Shown here: positions 23,010-36,714 of the stretch, one piece after another | Layout of the letters: each line of letters begins with the position of its first letter | Numbering within the stretch: the first letter of the stretch is position 1 | From: Lama guanicoe | Taxonomy: Eukaryota | NCBI GenBank assembly: GCA_013239625.1 | Contig: MU053472.1 | Coordinates: forward strand, 2,341,922-2,390,023 | Direction of reading: 5' to 3' | DNA: 48,102 nucleotides | Notes under the pieces: generated by a model | What the model was told of the DNA's origin: nothing | What the model saw: the letters and a program-made list of their open reading frames with translations, nothing else | Databases searched by the model: none | Translations under genes and position numbers: made by a program

Positions 23010-25300
23010 TCTACCAAAAAACCCACAGTTAACATCATACTTAATGGCGAGAAACTTGAAGATTTTTCACCAAGACCAGGTACAAAGCAATGATCTTCCC
23101 TCTTATCATTCCTTTTCAACTGTGTGTCCTTGCTAATGTCAGAAGACAAGAAAAGGGAACATTAGGTATACAAACTGAGAAGGAAGACACAAAACTGTCT
23201 TTGTTTGCCAATTGTCTATGTAGAAAATTTGAAAGAATCAAAAACAAAACAAACCAAAAAAAAAAAAACCCTCTTAGAACCAATAAGTGATTATACCAAG
23301 GTTCCACGATACAAGGTTCATTTATAGAAGTCAATTACTTTCCTATATACCAACAATGCACAAGTGGATTTCGGAATTAAAAACAATACCAATTATATCA
23401 GCACCCCCAAAATGAAATATTTAGGTATAAATCCAGCAAAATACATACAAATCTATATGAGGAAAACTACAAAATTCTGATGAACAAAATCAAAGAACAA
23501 CAAAATAAATGGAGAGACTTCCATGATCATGGGTAGAAAGACTCAGTATCATTAAGATGTCAGTTCTTCCCAACTTAATCTATAGATTCAATGCAATCCC
23601 AGTCAAAATCCCAGTAAGTAATTTTGTGTATCTTGACAAACTAATTCTAAACTTTACATGGAGAAATTAGACCTAGAATAGCCAACACAATATTGAAGGA
23701 GAAGAGTAAAACTGGAGGACTATGCTTCCCAAATCCAAGACTCATTATAATCAAGACAGTGTGGTACAGCAAAAGAACTGACAAACAGACTGATGGAACA
23801 GAACAGAGAGGCCAGAAAACAGACTCACATAAATATAAGTAATTGATCTTTGACAAAAGAACAAAAGCAAAACAATGGAGGAAAGGCAGTCTTTTCAACA
23901 AATGGCGCTGGAACCACTGGACAGCCACATGTAAAAGATGAATCTAGATACAGAGCTTACAACGTTCACAAAAACTAACTGAAAATGGACTACAGACCTA
24001 AATATAAAACACAAAAGCATGAAACTCCTAGAAGATAACATAGGAGAAAAGCTAAATGACCTTGGGTACAGTGGTGACTGTTTAGATATAACACCATGGG
24101 CATAATCCATGAAAAAAATAATTGATAATCTAGACTTCATTAAAAGTAAAAACTTCTGTCTGTGAAAGACAGGGTCAAGAGAATGAGAAGACAAAGCACA
24201 GCCTGGGAAAAAATATTTGCAAATGACACACCTGGTAAAGGATTATCCAAAATATACAAAGCACTTCTAAAACTCAACAAGAAGAAAACAAACAGCCTGA
24301 TTTAAAGACAGGTCAAAGACCTTAACAGACACCTCACCAAAGACAAACAGGTGGATAATAAGCATATGAAAAGATGCTCAACATCATATGTAATTAGGGA
24401 AATGCATATTAAATGAGATAGCACCACACACCTATTAGAATGGCTAAAATCTGGAACAATCACACCACCAAATGCTGACAAGGATGTGGAGATGTGGAGC
24501 AAAAGGAACTCATTCACTGCCGGTAGAATGTAAACTGGAACAGCCACTTTGAAAGACAGTTTGGCAGTTTCTTACAAAACTAAACCTAGACTTACCATGT
24601 GATTTGAGCAGTTATTCTCCTTACTATTTACCTAAATTACTTGAAAACATAGATCCACACAACCTGCACACAGGTGTTTATAGCAGCTTAATTCATAATT
24701 GCCAAAACTTGGAAGCAACCAAGATGTCCTTCAATAGGTGAATAGATAAATAAACTGTGATACATTCAGACCAGTGGAATAGTATTTAGCACTAAAAAAG
24801 AAATGAGCTATCAAGCCATGAAAAGACAAGAAGGAATCCTAAAAGCATATTACTAAGTGAAAGAATCCAATCTGAATTATACTGTATGATTCCGACTACG
24901 TATGCCATTCTGGAAAAGGCAAAACTATGGAGATACTAAAAAGATCAGTGGTTGACAGGAATTTATGGAGAGAGAGGAAGGGATGAATAGGCAGAACACA
25001 GAGGATTTTTAGGGCAATGAAAATACTCTGTATGACATCACAGTGACAGATACATGTTATTATTATATTTGTCCAAACCCATTAAATGTATAGCAACAAG
25101 AGCAAACTGTAATGTTAACTATGGATGCTGGGTGATTATGTGTCAATACAGGTTCATTAGTTGTAATAAATACACCACTGTCATGGGAAATGATGATGGG
25201 GTGGGTGGAGCAGGGCATATAAGGAAAATCCCTGTACTTTCCCTTCAATTTTGCTCTGATCCTTGAACTGCTTTTTAGAACAAAGTCTCAATAAAAAATT
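23010..25300 (+). mobile_element. L1MB-like element: ORF2 3' half and 3' UTR, decayed
   Basis: L1 RT and C-terminal motifs (ccatgatcatgggtagaaagactcagtatcattaagatgtcagttcttcccaac, ggaagcaaccaagatgtccttcaataggtgaatagataaataaactgtg) with many stops. Confidence 0.9.
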
Positions 25301-25329
25301 CAAACGTAAAAAATAACTGATAATTTAAA

Positions 25330-27690
25330 GGAAAAATAAATAAAATACTCTGTGGTTCATAATACATAAAGAAGTAAAATATATAACAAAAATTGCATAT
25401 AAGATGAGAAGGTGGAAATGAACATATAGTGGAAGAAGGTTCTTATACATTGCATGTGAAGTAAAATATTTGAATGTACAGTGATAAACATAATTTTAGA
25501 TAAAAATTGTAAACCTCAGAGAAACCCCAAAACAAATAAGCTAAGAGTTATGGTTAAAAAAGTGGTAGAGAAAAGACAGAATCTTAAACACGTTCAATTA
25601 ATCCAAAAGAAGGCCAAATATTTTTAAAAGGGAAATAAAAAACAATGGAGACAAATAGAAAACATAGAGCAATCATATTGTTTGTGATATTAAATGTAAA
25701 CACTCCAATTAAAAGGCCGAGTTTGTCAGGTTAGATACAAAAGGAAGATTCAACAATGTACAAGAAATCCATTTTAAATGTAAAGACACAGATGAATTAA
25801 AAGTAAAGAATGGGAGGAGAGTATAAAGTCGTAGAGCACATGCTTAGCATGCACGAGGTCCTGGATTCAATCCCCAGTATCTCCTCTAAAAATAAATAAA
25901 CCTAATTACCTCCCCGCCACTGCAGAGATAAAATGATGCAAAAATACAATAATAAGTAAATAAAGCATAAAAATAAAATGCTGTTTTTTTTAAAAAAAAA
26001 GTAGAAGAATGAAAAAAGATACACTATTTGAACACTAATTATAAGAAAACTAGAGGCTGTATTAATTAGGCAAAGTAGATTTCAGAATAAAGATATTCTA
26101 CAATGACAGACGAGTTAATTCATCAAGACGACATAATCTTAATTGTATACACAACTAATAACAGAGCTTAAATTCCAGGAAGAAAAAATTGATAGAATTG
26201 AAAGAAGCAAATCCACAATTATAGGGCTTTCAGCACTCTTCTCTACTTTATAAGTAGACCAAAAAAAAAAAAATCAGTAAAAGTACAGAAGACATGAACA
26301 TCACAATCAGCCAACTTGAGCCAACTGACATTTATAGACTACTACACCAAGTAACAGAGCAGCAGTCTATAAACAAATACACAGTCTTTCTAAGAACTCA
26401 GAGCATTCACCGTTTAAGAGAATTTTATTTAAAATATTATTTAAAAGAATTTAAGAGAATGGAAATAATATAAAATAGGTTCTCTAACCACACAAATCAC
26501 AGATCAATAAGAGAAAAATATCTCTGGAAAAAATATTTAGTGTTTAGTTACTGCAAATAAATTGTGAGTCAGAAAAGAAATCAAAAGGAAAATGAGAAAA
26601 GAAAGTAACATAATATCAAAACCTGGTGATGCAGATAAAGCAGAGGGAAATGGATAGCTTTCAATGGTTGTCTTAGGGGGGAAAAAGGTCCAAAGTCAAT
26701 TATCTAAGCTTCAATCTTAAGAAATTAGAAAAAGTAAATTAAAACCAAAAAAAGTAAAATAAAGCAGAAATCAATGAAATAGAAAGTGGAAAACATTAAA
26801 GAAAAATCGACAAAAACAAAATTGTTTTTAAAGATAATAAAATATATAAACTTCTTAGATTGATCAAAAATAGAGACAAAAACAGAAATTACGACTATCA
26901 GAAATGAAGGAAGTATATTACTACAGATCCTACTGATACTTTTTTTTAAAAGAATATTTTAACATTATGTCAATAAATTCAAAAACTTGAAATGGACAAA
27001 TTTCTTGAAAGATACCAATCTTTAAGACCAATACCTTTATTAGCACCGATGCAAAAAATTCTTAACAAAACGTAGTAAATCAAATCCAGCAACAAAGGAA
27101 AAGGGTACTACATCATGACCAGCTGAGTTTTATCTCAGCTTTAATCTGAATGTGAGGTTGGGTCAACATCCACCAACCAATCAAAGAAATATACTATATC
27201 CAGAGGATACAGGAGTAAAACCATATGATCCTACCAATGGATGCAATAAAATTTTAAATATAAAATTTAACATTCATTTATTATAAAACTTTCAGCAAAC
27301 TAGGATAATAGAAGGAAACTTCCTCAACATGATAAAGGGCATATTCAAAATACCTACAGCAAACATACTTAATGGTTCTGTTACCCTCTGAGATTTGAAC
27401 AAGGCAAGGATATCCACTCTCATCACTCCAATTCAACCTTGTACTGCATCTCCTAGTCACTGTCATAAAGCAAGAAATCATATTACAAGCCAAACACTGT
27501 AAAAGAAGTAAAATAATGTTTACCAGAGAATGTAAACATACAGCTCTGTGTACTTAGAAAGTCCTACAAAATCTCCATAAATACCAACTAGAACCAAAAA
27601 GTTATTTAGCAAGGTTGCAAGTTACACAGTCAATATATATAAATGAATTCTACTTCCATAATAGCAACACAAACCTGGAAAAGGAAATTG
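25330..27690 (+). mobile_element. Older L1M ORF2 5' portion (endonuclease and early RT), decayed
   Basis: Contains ttaaatgtaaacactccaattaaaagg, aggcaaagtagatttcagaataaag, gaaatggacaaatttcttgaaag and gaaggaaacttcctcaacatgataaaggg. Confidence 0.8.
25812..25996 (+). mobile_element. tRNA-Ala-derived SINE (vic-1-like) nested in L1
   Basis: Core gtagagcacatgcttagcatgcacgaggtcctggattcaatccccagt and tail aataaataaacctaattacctcc. Imperfect TSD aaaagta(a/ga)agaatg. Confidence 0.85.
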
Positions 27691-28035
27691 TAAGTGGAAT
27701 CATACAATATTTGTCTTCTTCTGACGGGCTTATTTCTCTTAGCATAATCTGTTAAATCTTTGTTGCAGCAATGTCAGAATTTCCTTCCTTTTTAGGATTA
27801 AATATTCCATGTATACACCATGGATTTGTTCATCCATTCATCTCTCGATGAACATGTATGTTTCTTTTCACCTCTTGGCTATTGTGAATAGTGCTACTAT
27901 GAACACTTGTGTACAAGCACATGTTCCAGTACTTGCTTTCAATTCTTTTGGATATACACCTAAACATAGAATTGTTGGATTACATGGTGATTCTATTTTT
28001 TTTTAACTTTTTGAAAAATTGGGAACAGGTTTTTC
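27690..28035 (-). mobile_element. L1 ORF2 3' fragment in opposite orientation
   Basis: Antisense L1 signature gtaagtggaatcatacaatatttgtc...ttggctattgtgaatagtgctactatgaaca...ttcttttggatatacacc. Confidence 0.8.
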
Positions 28036-28039
28036 ACTT

Positions 28040-28492
28040 AAAATTATAAAAAGGGAGAAACTTAGAATGAACTCTCAGGTGCTGAACTGGAATTAGATGT
28101 ATTGGTATGAATACATAATTTTTAACATGTAGAGAAAAATATAAATATATACTTGTGAGCATATATTGGTATATATGTGTATGTAAATTTTTCCAAAAGG
28201 AGCCTTTAAATTGTAAATCAGACACATTAATTATAATCTTAATATGGCAAATGTTACTAAAAGCAGCAATTCAAAACCATAAATCTTTTTGAAGGTGCAC
28301 AAGGTAATGGTAAGGTCAGTTGGCAGCAATGCAGCTATTACCAAGTATGAGTGAAATTGCTGGAGTGCAAGTCAGGGTGACCTTACCAGGCTTTATGCTG
28401 ACCTCCAGGTGGGGAATACACCCTCTTCCTCTTTTCACCTTTTCAAGCCCAGAGCCTCCGGAGCTTGAGTAGAGAAAGTGCAGGTGTGCGTG

Positions 28493-28523
<31 letters not shown>

Positions 28524-29560
28524 CCCTTAGCTCTGTCTGCTAAAAGGGCCCAGAATGGCAACTCCAACAGCAATAAGCAAAGCTAACACCCAAGACTTGG
28601 CTTCCAAATAGTATTTAAAAGAAAGCAGGGTTCTTTGGAAAAATCGATGAATCTGGGACTGGGGCAAGGAAATGTCAAGATGAAAATGAGCCTGGAACAT
28701 CTTACTGTGCCAGAAAGCAAGTAAGTACTCCAGAAATGATGGATACATGTCAGAAGGACAAAAGCAGCTTAACTGAACTCCCACTTCCCACTTCCCACTT
28801 GAGCATCTAAATAAATAATATTATTAATGGATTATCACTCATTGAATAAAATGGAAAATCATGAGTCCATAAAGATACAAATAAAAGAAATGAACTGAAT
28901 GTTTGATGAAGAAATGCTCTTTCTACAGTTTCAGAGTTCCTTCCTCTGTATAAAGGGAGAAAGATTACTGTGATGCCTAGCAGACATCATATTAATCAGG
29001 TTATCAAAGTAATCATCTGTAATTAAATAAAACGAAACTATTTGCCACCTCATAGGATGCAATGGGAAGAACACAGCATCACTGTTCTGACATCCTTGCC
29101 AAAGATACATAACTCTAATCCAATTATAGTAAAGCCCCAAATTGAGAGACATTCTAGAAAGGCTGCTCTTCTGAAGTGTTAAGGTGATGAAAGGCAAAGA
29201 AAAACTGAAGAACTGTTCCAGACTGAAGAAAATAGCAAAATGATAACTAAACGCAGTGTATGATTCTGAATTGGACCCTTCTGCTATAAAATCTTCACAG
29301 AGACAACTGGTAGAATTTGAACTAGTTCTGAATATTAGATAACAATGAATCAATTATAATTCCTTGATTTTTATGGTTATATCAAAGAATGTCTTTGCTT
29401 ATAGGAAATAGACACTGAAGTATTCCAGGATGATAGGACATCATATCAACAACTTACTCTCAGATGGTTCAGGGGAGAAAATATGTATATTTGTATTATA
29501 TTCCCAATTTTTGCATAATCTTGTGACTAGGTCAAAATCTTTAAAAACTGTAATAAACAA
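28040..29560 (+). mobile_element. L1MC/L1MD-type long 3' UTR relic containing a (CA)n tract
   Basis: Contains ccttagctctgtctgctaaaagggccc, ggatgcaatgggaagaacacagcatcact and ttactctcagatggttcagg. Confidence 0.7.
28496..28523. repeat. (AC)14 microsatellite
   Basis: Directly visible. Confidence 0.95.
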
Positions 29561-30051
29561 AGAAAGAAACAAATCTACCTATCTACCTATCAGTCAGACA
29601 ACTGGTCAATTAACAAAATAGGTAAAGTTATCTTTCCATACCCACTATCAATGACTGAAAAGCTTCTATATGGCAATAGTAGATTCTACTATCACTAAAT
29701 ATATACACACATGTCAGGTAGACTGCTATATGTATTTCATTAAATATTTCTACATATCAAGAAAAATAACTGTCAAATCTTTCTGAAACATTCACCAAGT
29801 TCATTCAACATGATAAAGGAGATTTGAGATTTTTGACAATTAGCCTTTCTATTTCCACTACAGAGGTCACTATTATGTCTTCTACAAGCTCTTAAAACAT
29901 CATAATTATTGGAGCTGAGGGAAACTCACTCAAACAATTATCCATCCATTCTATCACCCTGCCCTTACGCAAACTTGCAGATAAAGCAAGAAGTTCCCAC
30001 TAAAGCCGCCAACTTCTGGCCTCACTTAACCAAGAGTAAAACAGCACAGGA

Positions 30052-30263
30052 CAAGGGTTGGTAAACTTTCTTTAAAGGGCCAGAGAGCAAATATTTTAGG
30101 TTTTGTGAGCTATATCATCTCTGTCACAACTACTCAACTCTACCATTGTAGCACAAAAGCAGACACAAACAATATGTAAATAAATGTAAACTGTGTTCCC
30201 CAAATTTATAAAAACAGGCAGCAGGCCATATTCAGCCCATGGACTGCAGTTTGCCAACTCCTG
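30052..30263. mobile_element. MER58A-like hAT MITE (partial second copy at about 18500-18575)
   Basis: Termini caagggttggtaaact and agtttgccaactcctg are inverted repeats. Internal aaatattttaggttttgtg...ctctgtcacaactactcaactct. Confidence 0.82.
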
Positions 30264-30409
30264 GCATAGAAAAAAACAGTTAGATCAAAAAATTATGCAT
30301 CATAATAGACCACTTAAGATTTGGATTTTTAAAAGCCTTTTCTATGACATAATAATTAGGTGAAAAGTAAAAGCTGTAATTCAAATTCTGTTTTTAAAAA
30401 GTGTATGTG

Positions 30410-30915
30410 TAATACATATTATATATATATTTTTTCAATGGCCACAAATTCTTCCCATCTCTATATGTAAGTTCCTTTTGCAAGGTCACTTTGCAGCTCT
30501 TCTCACCAAGAAGTGAATTCCAGCCCCTGAATCTGGGTTATTCCATGTGACTTACTTTGGTGACTGAGATATTAGGAAACATGACACAAACATAGGCTCA
30601 AAAGGTATTTGCACACTGGAGTGTCCTCTCCTGCTGCTCCTAGAACCCTGAGGCCACCATATACATAAGCTAGGGTTACTCTGCTGGATGATGAGATGCT
30701 TACCCCACAGTCCCAGCCAACTCCCAACCAATCCTATGAAGCAGAACCACCTTGCTGACTTGCAGCTGACCTGCAGCTGACCATGGATGCATGAGTGGCC
30801 CAGCTGAGATCAGCAGAAGAAATGCCCAGCTGTGCCCAGACTAAACTGCTGACCCCCAGAATAGTCAGCTAAGTAAATGGTTGGTTTGTTACACAGCAAT
30901 TGGTAACTAATTATG
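30410..30915. mobile_element. MaLR LTR (MLT1G/H-like)
   Basis: Reads aatggccacaaattcttccc...ccatgtgacttactttgg...gcatgagtggcccagctgagatcagcagaag...ggtttgttacacagcaat. Confidence 0.72.
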
Positions 30916-32989
30916 CGTGTGTGTTGTGTGTGTGTGTGTGCCCGCACATGTGTGTACATGCAAAAGGATAGCAACCAAAACGACAGGGGTTGATAGCGAG
31001 GGAATGGTTGAATTAAAGACCAATGTTAATAAGTATACATTTTGATGATTTCCAAATTTTAACTAAGGAATAGATGATCCCTTTGTAGTCAAAAAAAGTT
31101 AATGTCATTAAAATATATATAACTCAACATCAATAAAGTATTTTTCATTATTTCCACTAAATATTGAGAGCCTAAAAAAATATGGACATTCTTTACCTGA
31201 TACATTTGAATGAGTTCACAGATTTTAAGTTCTATCAGAGTTTGGGGACAAATAATTCCAGTTACATAGAAAACTAAGCAAATGACAAGACAAGACAAAT
31301 ATTAGCACTAGAAAAAAATAAAACCTGGTTTGGGGAAAGAACTGTTAACCATAATATAACGTTTGGCTCAGTTTTTAATAATATTTACATAATTTACAAT
31401 AATGTAAGCACAAATATTGTGAGGCTTGAGGGGGAGAAGTAGTGAGAAAATTCGAAAGGATAGTAGGAAGATAATGGAAGGTATCCAAAACCAAAAATTC
31501 AAGAGAAAGGCAGTATATGCACATTATTTTTTATAAAGTAAGTAAATATCAGAATAAACAGGTAAAATGATAAAAAAAAAATGACTGACTTCAGACAGTG
31601 GGGAATGGTAGAGAACAGAATTAGGGAAGTAGTCTACACCTTTTTGTTTGAAGCCACACAGAACTCTTTGACTCCAACTATATACACATAAGCTTTGAAA
31701 AAAATAAAAATGTAAAAAAAAAAAAAAGTCCAGGAACTAATCCAAGTATATATAAGAATTTAGGATATGATAATAGCAAAACTTCAAATCAGGAAAAAAT
31801 ATTCTTTAATTGACACTGGAACAGTGGATCATCTATTTGGAAAAGCATACAGTTAGAGACTGACCTCAAAAATATTAAAATACATCCTATAAACGAGGGT
31901 TAAATGTAAAGAAGTTTTTTTAATATAACAGAACTATTGAAAATATCTGTTGTAAATTTATACAAAAAGATGCAGAAAGATTCTCATGAAAGTGTTCATT
32001 TTGTTTACATCTGGGAAGCAGAAAAGGGGATGGGAGTAATATTTCAAGGGAGAATATTATCATTTTTACTCTGTACTGGTTTACACTGTTAATTTTTTCA
32101 AACAATGTATATTCCCCATAATTATTTTTTAATTTGAATTTAAAATTTCATTTGACTCTTTAGTCAAAATACATTTTGTGTATTTCCCCAACTGCAGATG
32201 AGCTGTTCAAAAGAAGATACTTTAATGCTAGACATTATTGAATAATAAAATCTGTTTTCTCTTGTTAAACAACTGTCTTTTCCTCACAAGAAAATAAAAC
32301 AAAAAAATTTCAGTCATTCCTCTTCTCTCCTTTTCTTCCACTTATAATCCGTGAATCTATAGTCACCCAATTTTAGAACTAGGCTCAAATCATGGTTCTA
32401 CCATATACCTGTAGTTATGACCACAGTAAAAGAATATAGTATCTTTGGGCTTCAATCTTCTTATCTATAAAATGAGACTAATATTTGCTCTAGTTTCTTC
32501 ACAGTGATGATATAAGGATATATGAGAGAACAAATTGCCTGGCACAAACGTATATTCCAAACAGTTATCATTACATCATTAGCATAAACTGTTAAGAAAA
32601 TGTAAGTTACTGTTTTTAACTGTCTGGCATATAATAGTTTTCAAAAATTTTGCTGCCTTCAATAAATTATACTTCAACTAGATGCTAATATTATTTAACA
32701 ACGTGTTCCTACGGTAGCTAAAGAAATCAAAATAAATCTTTTGTTTATAGTAAGCACCAATTTACCTCTTGGGCTCTGAAATCATTATTTGATCTTTTAT
32801 TTTTATGTGCTAGTACATAAAAAACTACAACCAAAATATACTGCAGAAGAAGAAAAAAGACATTTAAAAACCTGCTGTAAGTCTCCTCTATTTAAGTACT
32901 GTCACACCTCCTTAAGTATATGGATGTGAGTAAAAGTTGTAAGCCACAAGAAACAGTGGTAAATAGTAAACTTCCTTAACTTTAGCCAT

Positions 32990-33230
32990 TTTCCCATTCA
33001 TCTATTCAACAAATACGCGAGCACCAAGTTGATGCAAGTCCTGTGCCAGATGCTGGTTACAAAAAATGAACAAGAGAGACATCACACTTGTCCTTATGGA
33101 CAGTCTGCCAAGCAGGCAAATAAAACTGTGAAACCTATAAATAAATATGTAATCATAAACTCTGGTAAACATCATAAAGAAAAGAACAGGGTGTTGAGAG
33201 AGAGACTCAAAGAGGAACTAATCTTAAATA
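32990..33230 (-). mobile_element. L2 3' relic
   Basis: Contains cattcatctattcaacaaatac...gagcacc...gtcctgtgccagatgctgg. Confidence 0.6.
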
Positions 33231-33304
33231 AATTATATAATATGACCTGGAGCAGTACAAAAATGAACTGTCTTTGAAGGTCATCTGGAAGAATTCATTT
33301 GGAA

Positions 33305-33480
33305 GCAGAATAGTGAGGTGGCTGAGAGGATCAATTCTAGAGCCAGACTGCCTGGGTCTCAAACTACCTCAACCCATCAAGCTTTGTGACATGAACTTAA
33401 ATTCTCTGTGCCTCAATTTCCTCATCTGTCATTGAGGAAAATATTAATACCTTCCTCATAAGGTTATTGCAAGGACTGAA
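33305..33480 (+). mobile_element. MIR SINE (a weaker MIR lies at about 32370-32580)
   Basis: MIR core agagccagactgcctgggt...ctctgtgcctcaatttcctcatctgt...cctcataaggttattgcaaggactgaa. Confidence 0.8.
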
Positions 33481-34602
33481 TCTTTTGTTTTATTTTAAAA
33501 ATTGTCAAATTCACAAAAAAAGTCAAAAGAACTTAAAATAAGCATTAACTCACATGAACCTGTATTTACCAAGTAAATTAGTGTTTCTAGGCTGCTTAGA
33601 AGAGTTTCTGAAACATGGTATGCATCATTTCACTATATAATATAGCAGTTATTTTAATAAAAGTAAATTGAAACTATGAGGAAAATGACTTGTAAAATAC
33701 TTTCCTGAGTAAATTGATTATATTCTCCTGAAAGCCTAGAGAATATCTCTAGTATTAAAGGGAGGGAGGGTGGGATGGGAAGGAGGAGGAAAGAGAAGGA
33801 GAGAAAAAGAGAGAGACAGAAAAGAAAGTAAAGGTAGGAATGTTAAGGGGAAGAAAAAGAAAAACAGCCCCAAGGCTTTGCCCAATACCAACATTTTATC
33901 CAAGGATCAACAGCGCACTCTGCTGGACCCATCTCTTTCCTACATATTAGGCAAAAATAGTCAATTAAAGTAATAAACACTACAGCTACCTCAAATCAAA
34001 GAATTACTTTAATAAAAATATATACACAATGTTATCATTTATTTAATAAACAAATAAAAAGCAGTGTATAAGCATAAGAATGTGTCTGTGAAAATATCTC
34101 ACCTATTGTAAGGATTTATTAAAAGAATTAAGAGAATATAAATGATTATGAATGGCAGAACAAGGTAATATCAAAATGGTAACATTCTATTCGAAAACAT
34201 GGTTTTTCTTAACTATATTTTGACCACATGAAGACTGGTGCTTCACTAGTTCTTTTACATATGAATTATCCATATAAAAACATAAATCTAAAATGTAAGA
34301 AAAGGGAACAAGCAGGAGACACTAGAAGGTAATTCATATAAGAAAGGAGATATTAACATCATTTTCTGATTTGAAGAGGAAACTGGAGGTAATTGGAAGG
34401 TAAGAAGCTAAATATTCAATTTACAGGTTGAAGCCTAAATTATTTTAATAAAAACTAAGAAAATTTGAAAGAAAAATATAGCTTCATAAAAAAGCTTCAT
34501 GTCGAATTTAGAGGAAAACAGAAATTACTAAGCTAATTTATCATTTAATATATGGAGGAAAGTTTTCCAAAAACTAATACAACTGCAGATTTTAAATGTA
34601 TC

Positions 34603-34733
34603 GGGGGCAGGGTATAGCTCAAGTGGTAGAGCTCATGCTTAGCATGCATGAAGTCCTGGGTTCAATCCCCAGTACCTCCTCCAAGAATAAATAAACCTAA
34701 ACTCAATTACCTCCTCCCACAAAAACAAAAAAA
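34603..34733 (+). mobile_element. tRNA-Ala-derived SINE (vic-1-like)
   Basis: Head gggtatagctcaagtggtagagctcatgcttagcatgcatgaagtcctgggttcaatccccagtacctcc, then aataaataaacctaa...aattacctcc and an A-rich tail. No clear TSD. Confidence 0.88.
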
Positions 34734-36405
34734 GATTGACGTTACATTCTCACAGGGCAAATAGGTAACAAACAAGTAGACAAATAAATTCAAATAGTAA
34801 GGGCTACTAAGAAAATAAGATACTGTGAAAGAAAATGAGTGAGAAAACATTGGCAGAGACAAACATACAGCATCATATTACTATTAACAATTGAACATTA
34901 AAAGCTCCTCAGATGACTTCTCCAAAGGCTTCTGTGAAGATAACTAACAATTTTTCCCCCACTTAGAATTTTCAAGAATTTAAGTATTTTTTTAAAAGTA
35001 TTTTCAAGAATTTGAAAGAAGGCTCTTTGAAGGCAAGGATTATGGTATTCATTCACTCGTCTACAACTAGGTTCCTGGCAGTAGGTTAAGTGCTTGGAAT
35101 ATGAAGATGAATAAAACAGCCAGTCTTCAAGGAGGTCTCAGTTTACTAGAAAACCTGGTGGTGTCTATAATGGAACTCAGAGCCTGTGGAAAAGGTTTTA
35201 AGATTAAGTGTTAAAAACTGAGAAATAAAAAGAACATTCCAGATGGGAATCCAACTCAAAACTGGGCACACCAAGGAAGGCTTCCTGAAGGATTAGCAGA
35301 AGTCAGTCAGAAAAAAAGAGAGTGGGAAGAAGGAGAAAGGGAAAAAGAATGCAAAAAGTTTATAAGGGCCTAAAGACTATATAGGCAAACAGGAGTTTTA
35401 AGTGAAGACTTTGGCGATTTGTCAGTGAGTTTTTTACTTTCCCTACCTGAAAAACTAAATACACAGACAGAATATATGAAACAGTAGCTTTTAAGATATA
35501 GGACATAAGGCAGGGAAGAATGATTCCCTGAGGAATGGGAAACAAATGAGATTAAGCCTTATGATCATCTCAGTTTATTGTCCTGAGAGAGATTCCAGGC
35601 TGTGGCATGAGGAAGAGGAACTCAGATACAGCCTAGCAAACCCAAGCTGAAGAGACATTGCTGAGGGTCCAGGCAACCAAGAAGACTAAAGTTCACAGGG
35701 AAGAACACCGGAGGGGAGAGAGCTGCACAAAGAATGAACTCCAGAGACCTGCAGAAGGACCTCTCAAGTACCTAGTAGAGCACCGATCAGTACATGCCAG
35801 TGAGGAAACAATCCAAGACAGTGGCAGGCAGCACCTGAAATGATGGGGCACTCACATAGAGCGTGGAACAGTGCCTGTTCCCACGAGCCAGACTAGAAAA
35901 ACCTCCCAATTCATGGAGCACTAGGTAGAGGATTCAGGAGGAACAAACCTCTATTGAGGTGGCCCAAAACTAAACCCTGCTCAGGTCCTAACTAACAAAT
36001 ACTAAAAGCAAGGTCCAAAAGGATCATCTGATTCCAAGTAATTTAACTGCATCCCAGACAAAACTCAAGAGTATTTACAGAAATACAATAACATCCAGTA
36101 CCCAACAAGATTAAATTCACAATATTTGGAACTCAATAAAAAATCACCAGGCATGACTCCACTGACATAAAACCGTGAAAATGAAAACTAATCTATAGTG
36201 ACTGGAAAAAAAAAATCTGTAGTTGCCTGAGGATGGAGGAAAGAAAAATGTCCTTTGGTCTGTCTTGAATTTAGGATGGATCTTTTCCAGGCATCATTTT
36301 GTAGTATCGTATACAGGTCACTTAGAAAATATTTGGTTTACTGATTTTACAGATCTTACAAATGTTAATATACTTCATTAAACAATTGCAAAAATTCACA
36401 TTATA

Positions 36406-36551
36406 CAGGGAAATATACACAAAATGTTATGATAAATCACAGAGAAAAAAATGTGACAATGAGTGTGTATATGTCCATGAATGACTGAAAAATTGTGCTG
36501 AACACTGGAATTTGACACAACACTGTAAAATGATTATGAATCAATAAAAAA

Positions 36552-36584
<33 letters not shown>

Positions 36585-36714
36585 AAATANNNNNNNNNNN
36601 NNNNNNNNNNNNNNNNNNNNNNNNNNNNNNNNNNNTTCGATTCCTCCTTTTCTTATGTCCTAACCTACCTTAATAACCATTTGTAGAATAAATTCTGATT
36701 TTAATTTAAAAAAA
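36406..36714 (+). mobile_element. Young L1 3' end with (TAAA)n tail and a probable 3'-transduced segment
   Basis: Only 2 mismatches to the 3912-4066 L1 copy over about 155 bp. TSD aaaaattcacattata at 36390-36405 and 36715-36730. Confidence 0.85.
36590..36635. other. Assembly gap (46 N)
   Basis: Run of N after (TAAA)n. Confidence 1.

Noticed and set aside
23010..27690. Possible intact reverse transcriptase or endonuclease gene
   Set aside because: The L1 ORF2 relics carry many stops and frameshifts, and the track shows no long plus-strand ORF.
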